Shown piece after piece: positions 38,704-52,501 of a stretch of DNA of 64,000 nucleotides (position 1 is the first letter of the stretch; every line of letters begins with the position of its first letter). Made by a program: the position numbers and the translations under genes. The DNA is from Octopus sinensis (lineage: Eukaryota): the NCBI RefSeq assembly GCF_006345805.1, contig NC_042999.1:30008001-30072000 (forward strand), in the 5' to 3' direction. Below the pieces are notes generated by a model. It was not told where the DNA came from. It saw nothing but the letters and a program-made list of their open reading frames with translations, and did no database searches.

Positions 38704-41700
38704 GTGAGTAGGTGAAAGCAATTCAGTTCTATCAAAATGAAAAGAACTCGTTTGTCCTGTAATAATGGCTTGGAAGTTTGCTATCGTTTCCTAGAATGCA
38801 ATAGATTCCTTACGTGAAGAGAATATCTCATTCAAGGTGTAGCCTCTTTCTTTTTAAATTTCACGTGTCTCTGTCAATCGAGATGAGGTTATATACTCTT
38901 GTTTTGTGCGAATATCATTTATATTCTTTTTGTTCTTCTTTTCTTTTGGTTGATGTCGTATTCACTCTGCTAATAAATCATCCTGATTACGCAATGCACC
39001 GTTTACACCAAATACAATATAATTTTTAGATGTTTAATTAGCAGAACCAGTTTATAGAATCGCTATTTTTTAATGCTATATATTTGATATAAGAATAAAA
39101 TTTTAAGCAATCTTTCACAAACAGAGAAAGGAACATTGATAAACATCCCACCTCGCCCCAAAAAACGTGAAAGAATCATATATTTCGTTAACATAGAAAT
39201 ATGAATCCTGTATTGCTTACCATATGAATGGAATACTGAAATCTTCTTTACGAAATATACACAGTTGAAAACGTTCTGTTTTTTTTCTTATTTCATAGCA
39301 CTGTTTAAAATTACTTAATACGTAATATTTTTTGTTAGTCTATGCTGTGATCTAATACAAGAGTCATCTGAGCCCTTGACAAGGCTTCAGTTATAAAGTT
39401 TGAAGAGAAAGACCGTCGGCCGCTGATATATATAGGGGTTAACACAGTGAATTGGACTTTCATACATCAGGGTTTTCAGTTATCGTTTGGTCATGAAGAT
39501 ATATGAATGAGGTCTTGAGATATAGAAAAAAAATTAATTGACTTGTCTCCTTTCTGCAATGACTGAGAAAAAATGGTGAAGGTACGTTTTATCAGTTCAC
39601 TAGCAATACTGATGTGTCACTCCCACGGTCATCTATTTTGATACGCCCAAGATGGAGTCATCCGGTATACCGATATATCATTTTTTTGTCATGAGTTATA
39701 ATGTCATACAACGACGGATCCTTATTTTTTGTTTATCACCTAGAAAATTTGGCTTTGGAACTGATTATTGTTATTATCAATCTTCTTTTAGCCCTGTCGA
39801 AGATAGGCAAAAATTTATGGTAGAAAAATTTATTTTCGACTGACTTGTATTATGATGTGTATGAGTGCGCGTGGGTGTGTATTTGTTCATTTGTACGTAC
39901 TAATTAAATGCGTGGTCACTTGTTTCCACCAACCCTTTTTCTTTTAGATAGTATATTACTCTTTCTGAAACTAAACTTCTATTCTCATATTTTATTCAAT
40001 ATTCCTTCTTTCACGAGATACAACCGATGATGAACGGAACAAAGTAAATACAATTGACTACGGCCCACTTGAAAAGCAAAAGAAGTTTTGGAATAGAGGA
40101 AAATGAATTGACAAATGAGATAAACAGAAAATATGACAATAAAACAAGTGCGTTTTGCCCGCGGGAACACAGATAATCATGACATAACATTAATAATTGC
40201 AACAAAACCGCAAACTTCACAGCCTTATTCAATGTAGTAACGACAAGATAATTGTTTGCATTACAAACGAAAATGATGTTTCAAACATTTGCCGACTCCA
40301 ATGAGCGAAATAAAGGTGAGAAAAAAAATAATCACAAAAGTGTGTGACTTTGACGAATTTATAGAAAGTGCACATGAATATGTTGTAACTCAGTTTCGTG
40401 AAAGTCGGAAGATATTTCCCTATAACTTTAAATTAAGTTATAAATAAAACGTAGACGATATATTGTATAATCTCTGCTGCAGAGACGAAGGTAGTGCTAA
40501 TGAAAGTGAGTGGTTAATCTACAAGATATGAAATCAAAATCAGGGCAAAATCGTACGCAAAAGGCTTGCTTACATATTGCTGCTGCAGTACAGTGACCAA
40601 TGAGAAATTGAAATTACTGCATGGAACGTCGGTAGTAATTCTGATTCTTTGCTCATCGGCCATTCACCAGCACATCACGAGCCGGTAATGAGTAACCGCT
40701 GACACAGAGTGACAAAATATCACGCGAGCTATTTCATGCATGCCCTGATGAATGCCTAATAATATAAACTCATCTATTTCTGTCCCGCCGTACGGGAGCT
40801 GATAGAAAATTGTTAAATCTTATGCATTATTGAAAAAACATTAACTTCGAAATATGTGGCAGTAACATCCAGTTAAGAGGTGTCTTCCAAAATGAACTGC
40901 GAAGGCAGTGAATTAGTGAAAGAAAACAAGAAATATGGAACCCCAAAATCAGCAAGTCCCAGAAATATATAAAAACTAACAACTAACGGTAAAATCATCG
41001 ATGCGATTGGGATAAATTTGTGTGTCCTAGGTGCTGGAATTTACTATCTGTTCTCCATCTCTCAAAACTATAAGTTATTACAGAAAAGAAAGGGTATGGG
41101 GGAGGGGAAGGGAAACAAAACTCAAGGACACTAAATTATATGAAAATGAAAATTGTTTTATGCCATAAATTAGATCTAAGTAGAAATTCGCACAAATATA
41201 AATTTTGCCTCTGATTGCAGGCATTAATGTTATGTTTTATCTATGATTCACTGATTAATGCATTAAATTTTATTTTCCGTATTAATATTAATGAAAGTTA
41301 AATCAGTTAAATCATATCCAGAGCGAGTAAATAATAAAATGTTTTGGATACATGAAAATGTAATACGCTAGCAATATATTCAGATTTAAATGAAGCACTA
41401 GCATTCTATTATCTTTGATTGCTTTGTTTGGATGGGGCCTTATTTATTAATGGGTTAATTCAAACCAAACTGCTATAATATAATGTATATTTACGAATTA
41501 ATTTGTATTCACATTTTGATACATTACTTAAAGAATTGACCGTTAGCGTTTATATTTAATGGCGACTATTATTCATACAAGTAAAATATTCAAATCAATT
41601 ATTGTGATGTTTATGCTGGAAGACATAAGATCATATATTTCTAGAGAATACCAGATGTTTATAATCGGAAATTGCGACAGTTAAAATTGGAAATTAGTCC

Positions 41701-42485
41701 TATAAAAGCTATCTGTATAAATTCATTTTTATTTCTTTACAGATGAAAATCCCTATTTGAATGATGCGAAGTACTTATAACATTCCTAGAATCTATACGA
41801 TAAATTATCATTCTGTCTCCATATTCAAAGAACTATGACTATACCACGTTACAGCACCGTAATTTTGTAATAACTATGAAGGTTAATATACTAGAGCTAC
41901 TCACAATTCGCTCCTTAACTATTTCGGTAATTTACAAAAAAATTGTTTTTATACATTCAGCAGAATTTGTACTTGAAGATGAATTGACTCTTTCTGTCCG
42001 GATAGTTTGGTAATTTCAATATAAACTTTGAGTATAAGTAGAAGAACGGAAAATGTTATGTACCATACAAACATGATATATCTATTATTAATTCAGTAAC
42101 ACTCTTTAAAAACGACTATTTGCCACCCTGGGATTGTTACATGGAACAGCTAATTCTATGCGAACTTAAATCTCAGAGTTTGCAGAGCAAGAAAAACAAT
42201 CTCAACAAAATTGTTAAAAAATGTTCTTGAGTTATAATCCCAGTTAGGGATTGCATCCGTCTGAATATTAGTAATAACGATGACGAAAGAATTATATTTA
42301 ATATAATTTTCTTTTCATTTTTAACTATCTAAGAAATGTTATTCATAGTTTTGAAGTATAAACCAAATATCATGTTATTCAACGGGACTTGATACAGAAC
42401 CTGCAGAAAAGAGTACTATTGAGTACTGTATAGGATTATGCATCATTTACCTACCCATATTACGTTTAAGACCCCAGGTTTACAT

Positions 42486-42620
<135 letters not shown>

Positions 42621-42625
42621 TATTA

Positions 42626-42675
42626 AAGGCGGTGCCCCAGCATGGCCGCAGTCAGATGACTGAAACAAGTAAATG
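42626..42675 (+). mobile_element. SINE family B 3' stub
   Basis: aaggcggtgccccagcatggccgcagtcagatgactgaaacaagtaaa. Confidence 0.7.
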
Positions 42676-45016
42676 AGTATATAGATTAAATTAGAGATAA
42701 AACCACTATTAGGAGAATCAAACAGTGAAAAGCATAAACCAAAACATAAAATAAATACGATTAATATAATATACAAAATATGTAAAATATTAAATTAAAA
42801 ATTTACATTAATTAAATTCAAAATCTTTAATATATATTTATATTTTTTTTATTTTTTTAAATTTTAGATTTCTAAATTTTTTAACTTTAAACTTTTTAAT
42901 TTTTTAATTCATTAATTTTTTAAATATATTTTTATAACTATCGAAAATATTAAAAAGTGTAATATAATATAAGTAAAACCACTACGTACGTTTCATGGCC
43001 AATTCGAATTACAGTTAATTTAAATTATTTAAATAAATCGATAGATCGATAGATACATACGTATAGATAAAATAGCATAACACCCATGGTTATAGGCTAA
43101 TTACTATTACTCTTTCTCGAGAGCCACGCTGATAGTGGTATCATATATATAGATTTACTCCTCTACGTGTGTATTTCATGAGAAAGAACGTAATAATTGA
43201 AGAAGAAAAAACGATCAGTTTCAAACACAAACTTCTGTTTGTTTAAGATTTGGCAATAAGATTTGAGTTGTATGAGTTATTTTATACATCAATACAGTAA
43301 TGGCAATTTTATAAAACACAAGCTTTCAGTCGGCACGGTGCTGTAATTCCGCACAGTGAGCCACAATCCAACGCGACATATTTGGAATGCAATCTTCTTA
43401 ATCTCACAGGCACGCCTTTAAAGACGGAATATATTTTGGGTAATATACCCACTGATACAATATGCTTAACAAAAATATAGGATGTTTACAGCGAGGAAAC
43501 CTTTGATTTTTATATTTACACGAAAACCGCAACAACTGACAACGCTACACCTTGCTGGCTGTTCCAGAATTAAGTTTGTTTGAAGGAAATTGTGCAAATT
43601 TTAAAAAAGTTGTCAGAATTTTATGCGTCCAACATGTCCGTATCACTGCATACTTAAACTCTCGCCTTAGCGTTGTGAAACAGATTTTTGAAGCATTTCA
43701 GGAGTTAAGCTCATGCACTGCAAAGTGAATTTTTTCTCTAAGCACAGATAAACTATTGCTCCAGCTTGGAAATGTATGTAAAAGACATATCGCTACTAGA
43801 TTGAAAAAATCTGCCATGAACAAATAAGAGGCGTCCAGCAGGAATGAAAATAAAATTATAAACAAAATTCAAAAGTTATACACTTTTAACACATATTAAT
43901 CATGATAAACATAAATAAAAGTGGGTTTTATAAACGCATCCGATTTCACTGAAATCATCATTAATTATGGTACACACTATATTTACTCGTGCGACTAAAC
44001 GGAGGAGGGAACACTCGGGGTGGGTGACGAATTGCCGGCGTCAAGAGCAGCTTGTGGATTTGCTGACTTGGAAAACCCAAATGGCTGTGAGTTATAGCCG
44101 TTTTTTCTTTTGCATGAACATTTTGTATTATACAATTCAGACATGGATTATATAGAAAGCACGCATGTTGCCGGGCTATGCTGTGTTGCGCAGGGTAGGA
44201 AACGTGTAACATCAACATAACTTCTTGACAATGAATGAATAAGTCTCTTGTGCATTTAGCCACCCACACACATGCGTACATGGCTTCGTGTTGCGCAAGA
44301 TGGTAACATGAAGCATCAAAAGTGCTCCGACAAAAATTTGACTGTTTTCCGTTCCTCTTGTAAATTCGAATAGAAGGTTTCCATAAAATATTATACGCTA
44401 CTTTTGATGCATATTATAAGTATTATCATGCTTCAATATTTTGTCGTCGGAAAACGCTTTAAACAAAGATAAAACTCAGTGCAGTATACGGAGATCTATT
44501 TATTCTGCAATGTAGGCGAACCCATCGTCGCTGTAGGAAATTTATTTTTAGGCAACTGCCTAATTTATGTTTGTTGCAAATTTGGAGTAACGCGACTGTA
44601 TTCTCTTCGAATTACGGGTCTTAACGCTGCAAAAACTCTTTAAAAAATGCGGTTTATCTGCCTATGGGCCTGCATCAGGTTAGTAGTCGAAACTTTCATA
44701 AAAATCTTGAGTTTTAATGTTATGACAAGCACAGAGAAAGACACAGATCCTGTGTTTTATATATATATATATATATATATAATACATAAACATATCAAAA
44801 TGAAATGGAAAATTAATTAAAATTTTCACCTCTAGTAGCGTAACGTGTACAAATTTAATCCCAAAAGACTATGAATTAATCATAATATATAGTGTATATT
44901 TAAACACAAGGAATCTACTCGTGAAATTCAACACGTTAGAAAGAACAGCTAGGTTCTATAACCACAAAAATGATTGTGGTTATAGCACAAGTGGATGCCT
45001 TATGTGTTGAAATGTA

Positions 45017-45084
<68 letters not shown>

Positions 45085-45309
45085 GCATGCATATGAATGT
45101 ATATGTAAAATGATGCATTGCATGGCTAATTCTAAAGCGATACTACTGTTGGCCACTATAAACTAACGCACCGAATACTTTCAATAAGTAGAGGAAAATC
45201 AAAACATCACATGTTGCTAAAATGTGCACATTTTGTAATCAGCATTTAAAGTTATATGACGAAGAAGCAACTACAAATATTATAATAACGAGGCAAACAA
45301 TTTTAATCA

Positions 45310-45490
45310 GTGATATACATTACTATCGACCTTAATGCTTGAGTGGTGCAGTATTTATCGAAATGGAAAGGATGAAATATAAATTTACTCCCGTTGCGAT
45401 TCTGAACTCGGAAATTTAAGGTTATCTACTCAGAAAATATATTGCAAGGCATTTTTTTGGCATTCTTACAACTCCGACTGCTTGCCGCAT
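45310..45490 (-). mobile_element. Old SINE family A copy
   Basis: tatcgaccttaatg...tttatcgaaatggaaaggatgaaa...tgaactcggaa...gcaaggcattt...ctgcttgccgc is colinear with 10491-10723. Confidence 0.6.
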
Positions 45491-46245
45491 ATATTTCTTA
45501 TTTGGATTCCTAATGAAGAGGTATTGTGGAGGGAATTTGTGGTTGCTATCAGAAACAGTAATACTCAACTAGTCCTTTCTTTCTCGGCCAGAATGTTTCA
45601 AATATATATTATTGCTGTGGCAGCAAGCGAAAGAAATAATAGTTTGGGCCCTACGAACCAGTACAATTTAATCTGAAATCAGCTGCATCATAAGAAAATG
45701 AATTCTCAGAACTGCACCTTGTTATTAAACTAGATTTATATATCCTAATTTGCAAAAGAATTTGTCATTAGTGTAGTTTAGCTTAATAATAAGGCACTTG
45801 ACGCAAAATCAAAAAGATATGTGTTCGAGTCTCATTCCTGGCCGCCGTCCAAATTTTGTGCAAAACATGGATTGCTTATAGTGTTCACGCTATAATATTA
45901 CCATTATCCTGCATTTGAGAATAGAATTATTTCCATATCTGTATCTTTGCTTTTAAAGCAAACTTTGTTGATTTTCAGCGTAATTTTAACTTAACGTAAG
46001 ATAGCGTTTTATAAAACTAGATATATATATATCATAAAATTTCAGACTAACTTGTCGTTGGGCAGGTTAGATTCATGGTAAAGCACTTGACACATAATCA
46101 CAGGGATGTGAGTTTGAGTTTCATGAATGACCACCGACATATTTGTCTGCAAAAGCTTGGTAGTTTATCATGTTCATGCTATATAATTAGCATTATCATG
46201 CGTTTCAGAACAGAATTATTTCAAGATGTATGTATGTATATATAT

Positions 46246-46288
<43 letters not shown>

Positions 46289-46979
46289 GTATATATGATT
46301 GTGTGTGTGTGTATTGTCAGTGTATCATAGACCCGAAAGAGAAGAACAGGTTTAGCTATAAACTAGTAGAATATTTAGATAATTATGACCGGTCTATTTC
46401 GTTACCGAGGGCTACACGTCCATAAAGCGCTTAGCTCTACAGCGTTTCTTCAGATCTTAATGGTTTGTGGCTTATTAATTCTCTTCCACGTGGAGGATGG
46501 AAAGACCCAGTGACTTCTTGCTTTGTACACGATTAAATTATAACTGTTAAGCGCAAGACTGTGTCTCCGTTCGGTCGCTATCCATAACCGACCCGGTTAT
46601 CTTGGGGATCCCATGAATTCAATCTCCTGAATCGTTTAATATCCTGTGATTGTATCTGATCTTAATAGATACAGCAACTTTCCCAACTAGTACTACGGTA
46701 GCAAGAATAGCATTATTAATTGGGAACGGCAGAAGCTCTAACACAAATCCTGGAAGCACAATCGTTAGTGTAAATGCTAGTAATAACAACGATAATGCTA
46801 CTTATGATAACGACAACAGCAACCACCGCGGTAGCACAGATCGCAGCTCTAATAGTTATAGCAGCACTAACAGTGCCAACACGAACACCACTACTGATGA
46901 CGTCATGATGTCGCTTACAGCAGTATTAACGACGCCAACACAAAACCCAATACCAACAACATCAATAGCAGAAACAGAG

Positions 46980-47300
46980 GAAGTGGCAGCATCAACAACA
47001 ACCGGAGTCGCATTGCCAAAAGCAGTATACGAATAGTCTTCGAATTTTCTGGACGCACATTCAATCATCACACCTCCAATGACATATTCTAACTTAGGAT
47101 TCCGGAGAGATAATACACCACATCTTGGCCAGCAATGATGCCTCAAGAACGAAGGGACTTTGTGCGTAATATCTCGGAAGGTTCTGTAAGAACGGGTCCG
47201 TACATTAACGGGAGCAAGCGTTGCAAAATATGCATATTTGAACAGGTGAGAATATTAAAGAACTCCTTCGACTAGTGGACGGGTATCTATACCCTGTCTT
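46980..47300 (+). mobile_element. Possible Penelope-like GIY-YIG endonuclease C-terminal relic
   Basis: ...CLKNEGTLCVISRKVL then, after a frameshift, YINGSKRCKICIFEQVRIL; resembles the LKxxxxxYxIxWKIL...YxNxSKRCxLCLxEKxxIL ending of PLE-type endonucleases. Confidence 0.45.
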
Positions 47301-47469
47301 CTCTTCATTATATTCCTACTGAAGTCCTGTGGCTCGTAAGCTGACCGGGTCGATATCGATAACTGATGGCACTATAAGGAAGACAATAGACTCAAAACTC
47401 CTCTTTTGTTCGTATAATCACCGACTAGCCACGAAGATGTTTGGTCACTATGTATACAGATAGGGAGAT

Positions 47470-47532
47470 ATATATAGATAGATAGATAAATAAAAAAAAT
47501 AGATAGATAGAAAGATAGATAGATAGAAAGAT

Positions 47533-47607
<75 letters not shown>

Positions 47608-47645
47608 AAGAAAGATAGATAGATACATAGATTGATAGACAGATA
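47470..47645. repeat. (GATA)n microsatellite
   Basis: Directly visible. Confidence 0.95.
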
Positions 47646-47669
47646 TGCAGTCAGAAATGATGTTATCCT

Positions 47670-47860
47670 TAAGACATTGAGCTGGCAGAGTCGTTACAAC
47701 GGTGAGCAAAATGTTTAGTAGAATTGTGTACGTCTTTATATTCTGAGTTCAAATTCCGTTGAGGTTGAACTTGCTTTTAACCATTTCGGGATCGATAAAA
47801 CACCTATCTCATCAGATCGGTGGTCGATGTAATTGATATTCTCCTTCTGCTGAAGATGCT
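47670..47860 (+). mobile_element. Diverged SINE family A copy
   Basis: gagctggcagagtcgttac...ttctgagttcaaattccgttgaggttgaacttgc...ttcgggatcgataaa. Confidence 0.7.
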
Positions 47861-50021
47861 GTTTTACACCAAAATATTACTTGCTGAATGCTATTCATTT
47901 GGATGTAAATTAGTTCCTTAAGTGTTTCTCAATCGAAAGTTGTTTTGAGGGCTCTGTTTCAATGAAAGAATATCCTGCAAACATAGAAAGTTGGTAAATG
48001 CAATGTAGCTATCACTTTAGCCTTTCACACCAAAGTTTTACGTTTGAAATGTGTTATATTCTACAATTCCCTTGTTAACGCTTTATTTTTTTCAGGGCAA
48101 AATGACACTTGATATTTCTACTTTGAGCATTGCTGTTCGTGATTTTTGTTACAGTGTTAATGTGATAAAAGCTTTTCATATTATTTCCTACATCAACAAT
48201 ACGTTAATGAGCTTATTGGATACCATTTCGTGAATGAAACAATATCTATTTATTTATAGAGCAAAATGTCATAGTAAGGAAGTTAAAATGCCACAATTTT
48301 ATTTTTTAATATATATTCCCTAACGCAGTATCATAATCAATAAATATCAGTTCACAAAATTGTTGATGAAATTTTTCCAATTTTTTTTATACAACATTTA
48401 CACATTCAAAAATAAGAATATTTAAAATAAGAATATTTAAAAATAAGAAATATAGAAAAATATAATAATTGAATTCCCAACAGTATTTACATTAAACTTG
48501 TAACAACAGGACTTATAAATATTAGTATCAATCTTCAGGTTTGCTTATTTTTTTTTTATATTCGCTAGCGGTCAATTCCTTAAGTAAGGTCTCAAAAGCT
48601 TAATTTTTATTCATTTAAATTTATAATTCCAAAAATATTTTAATATGTGGAATCTAGGCCAATTTAACATTCGTCAGTATATAACAGACTTTTCAATGAT
48701 TTAAATCATTCTCGTCCCCAACGCCAGTTACTGCCTACTAAATTGACGATGCAGCCTGCTACAAAAGCAGAAATTAAGAAAAAAGATATTATTAATCCAT
48801 ATTAATCTAGACGTGAAATCAAAAAAAATTTAGAACTCCACTGTAAAATGAAAATAGACCTAGTTAGTTTGGAGAACAGAAATTAAATTGTTATTTGATT
48901 TCAAATCATGCATGTCGAATGCCATAAACAGATACAATATGCAGGATGTTCAAACTGAAAAAATCAAAAAAACTATGAGCTGTTTGTTGAAATTGAAGTA
49001 CCTTAATTGTTGGATGGGGGAATATCTACGTATTACATGTAAAATGTAAAATCTTTCAAAGATACGATCACAAAAATATTTATCCTAGGTGAGGCACTAA
49101 ACGCAGCAACTTCATCTGGTAACTAATGTAGTAATACATTCCTTATCTACACACATTTATCTTTAAAAACCAATGTTTATTAAATATAAAATAGTACTTA
49201 CATATCAAGGCTCATCTAAATCACGGAGTGGATGCTTTTTCAATGTTCTTCATTATACATTCGCTCATCAACAAAGAAGTAACCAAATAAACGATTGAAT
49301 GAAAATGTTGTTCAAAATAAAAGGAAAAAATAAAAGTTCCTACAATCATGCTGATGAAAAGAACAAGGGAAAGGGCATATAGCTGTCATTTCACAATAGA
49401 AACTTCAGCTTACATGCAGAAGTTAAGAAGCCGCAACATCGAATAATAATTGTTTCATTGCTCTATTTCTTTGTTCCTGGAAGGCGATGTCCATCGCATC
49501 ACACTAACTGCAATAGTGTTTATACAATTGCGGTAAAACAAAAATTGTAGTATATACATTCCTATTACCTACAATATACGGTTTCATCTGACATAACGAA
49601 ATCATATGATTTCAGATAAATTATATCCGAAAATTACAGTCGAGGATGGTCAATAAAAATCACATAAGATGGCATTACATCTGATTCTACACACAGAACA
49701 ATTGACAAAAAGACGACAAACGTCATCTAATATCGGTGTGTTACTGAAATAGTTTATATTGCATAATGTTTATCTCAGCGTTAAAGGAGCTAACAAAATG
49801 TGAGTGAATACTATGAAGCACTATTAGCAGCAGTTACCTAGACTTGCTATGAGTATTAAAATAACAGGGAGCCAAATGTGAACAACTGCAGCGGCAATAT
49901 TCTGTTTTCTAATAAGCACAATAGAAGCCTATTATTTATTTCACGCCACCAAATGCAGCGGTGTATTTCAACAGTAGAAAAAATTCAAGGTATTTATATC
50001 TTATCTCATGTTCTTATTGTA

Positions 50022-50882
50022 TTGGGCCATCCCATAAACAATTTGTATTTTAAATTGTATAAACAAAAAGTTGGAGTGTGTACCTTACTTGTATCAACTT
50101 GCTAGAAAAGCATGTATTAATGTTAACTTGCGCTTTTTCTTAGTGCAAGTGTTGAAATGTGCAGCACGATTTTAATATATTTTTCCAAGCTATAATAGAA
50201 GTGAAAAACGAGCATGATCGGCATATTTTGCTTTGTGAGCTCAATAAATTCTACAAGGAAAGGGAAAGTGCGAGAAATATCAATGGAGATTATGGTAATC
50301 GGACAATAAGCTTAAGCCAGTGTCAATGGTGGTTCCCAAAATTCCAAGCCGCACACTACAGCTTAGAAAACGAGCCCCGTCCTCGAAGATATGTAGAGCA
50401 CGACTAGGACGTACTGCAAACGCTGGTAGAACGGAATGCCATCATAACTATTGAGGGACTGGCAGAGAAGCTTGGATTTTGATGGCCAAATTCGGTTTCA
50501 AGATGAAAGGTGATCTTCCATCAGGATAATGCTCGGTCACATACAGCGAGTATGACATTCCGAAGGCCGGAGTAGTTTGAGGGGGAAATAATTCCCCACT
50601 CACCACACTGAACCGTCTGATTATCATTTATTCCGCAGTCTTCAAATTCAGTCATACAGAAAAAAAATATGAATTATGTATACGAAGCCAGAACAGTACT
50701 AGAGGAGTATTTCTCGTCACGGAGAGTGAATTTTGGAAAGGGGGCCTTGAAAGGCTGTTAGGAAGAGCATTCTAGAAAATGTAGGCGAGTATGTTTTTGA
50801 TTGGAAAACAATTTTTTTTTAATCTTAAAATTGAAAAAATGAAATAAGTAAAAAAAAGGGCATTACTTATGGGATGACCCAA
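50022..50882 (+). mobile_element. Internally deleted mariner (D,D34D-type) element with TIRs and TA TSD
   Basis: TIRs TA|ttgggccatcccataa ... ttatgggatgacccaa|TA. Motifs EHDRHILLCELNK..ESARNIN, SQCQWWFPKF..YSLENEPRP, GLAEKLGF; then a deletion to FHQDNARSHTA and PSDYHLFRSLQ. Confidence 0.9.
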
Positions 50883-50947
50883 TATAGTAATCCTTGTTTT
50901 GATTCTTGTTGATTTTCTGCAGGAGCAAGAAAACACCATACATACCA

Positions 50948-51014
<67 letters not shown>

Positions 51015-51225
51015 TGTGCGTGTGTGTGTGTGAGAATGCGTGTGTTGTGTGCTTGCACCTGCGTATATGCTACAGAAAATCACCGTGAAGGAAAATAACG
51101 ATAATATATTGGGTTATCGCATTGATAATGGGGTGATTTAATGCTTATTTAATTTTTCAAATGTATATATATATATATATATATACATACACACACAGGC
51201 TAACACACACACACGCACACGCACA

Positions 51226-51285
<60 letters not shown>

Positions 51286-51296
51286 AGAGAGAGAGA

Positions 51297-52501
51297 GAGG
51301 TGTTTGACAAAACGATGGAAGCACCTGCCATCATAGTACCATAATTTTGAAATATCTATAAAACTGTCAAATCTTTTTTTTATTTTTATGCGTTTTGATT
51401 TATCATAGGTTATTATTGATTTTTTATAAAAGGTATTTAAAATTCCTTAAAATGGGCAGATCTATCGGACTTTCAGACAGGTCAAATTTTTGGTGCCCGG
51501 ATGGCAGGTGCTAGCGTAACGAAAAGAGCCGAAACGTTTGGTGTATCAAGAAGTACTGTCGCGAAAGTAATGACAGCCTTTGAGAAGGAGGGGAAAAACC
51601 TCCTTGTCGAGACACAACTCCGGAAGAAGACCAAAACATTCAGACAGGAACCGTCGCACTCTTATGCGAATTGTAAAATTATCCCCAAAGTACAGCTCCG
51701 AAAATTACTGTAGAGCTTAATGACTACATTGGAAACCTACATTCCACAAAAGCTGTTTGCCGGGAGCTGCACAAGGTCGGAATTCACGAACAGAAAAACA
51801 CTAATTTTAAAAACAATCGTTGCAAAGCGTTTACAGCGAAGTAACATCCTACGGAATTAGTCCTTAGAGCAAAGGAGGACAGTTATTTTCCCAGACGAGT
51901 CATTCCGTACCTTACTTTCAATTACCAGCCGAGTATACGTGTAGTGAAAGCCAATAAAATCATTTGACGCATTCTGTTTTCTTCTAACAATTAAACATGT
52001 AGGAGGTTCAGTGATGATCTGGCGGACTATGTCTTGGAAAACCACCAGCCCAATGGTTTCCCTTTATGGCAGAATTAATTTCAAGACTATTTTAGCAGTT
52101 TATCTAACCAAATTCATCCTATGCTTGCAGATCTGTTTCCGGAAGGAAACGCAATCATTCAGGGTTATAATATATCAATTCACAGAGCTAAACATTTTAC
52201 TGAATGGCACGAGGAACATTCAAGTGAAGTTGAAGATTCTTATCTGGCCATCGCAGTTCCCAGAACTCAATATTATTGAACATTTATTGTGTATTTTTGA
52301 AAAAACAAGTAAGGAGTCAATATCCCCCACCATCATCACTACAAGAACTAGAGATTGTTTTATCCGAAGAACAGACAAAATTTATTTTGGGAATAATTCA
52401 TAGAATTCAAGCTGAAATTACTGCTAAATCCGGTCCTACCCCAAATTAAAATAAATTTGTTTGAAATTTTAAGGTATTTCCATTATTTTGTCCATTCCCT
52501 G
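51297..52501 (+). mobile_element. Tc1-like transposon relic, near full length
   Basis: Imperfect TIRs (gaggtgtttgacaaaacgatggaagcacc vs the reverse complement cagggaatggacaaaataatggaaatacc). Motifs DLSDFQTGQIFGARMAGASVTK.AETFGVSRSTVAKVM, VIFPDES, KHVGGSVMIW and WPSQFPELNIIEHL. Confidence 0.88.

Noticed and set aside
45770-46140. Two degenerate tRNA-like heads
   Set aside because: Too decayed for a cloverleaf; at best old SINE remnants, not tRNA genes.
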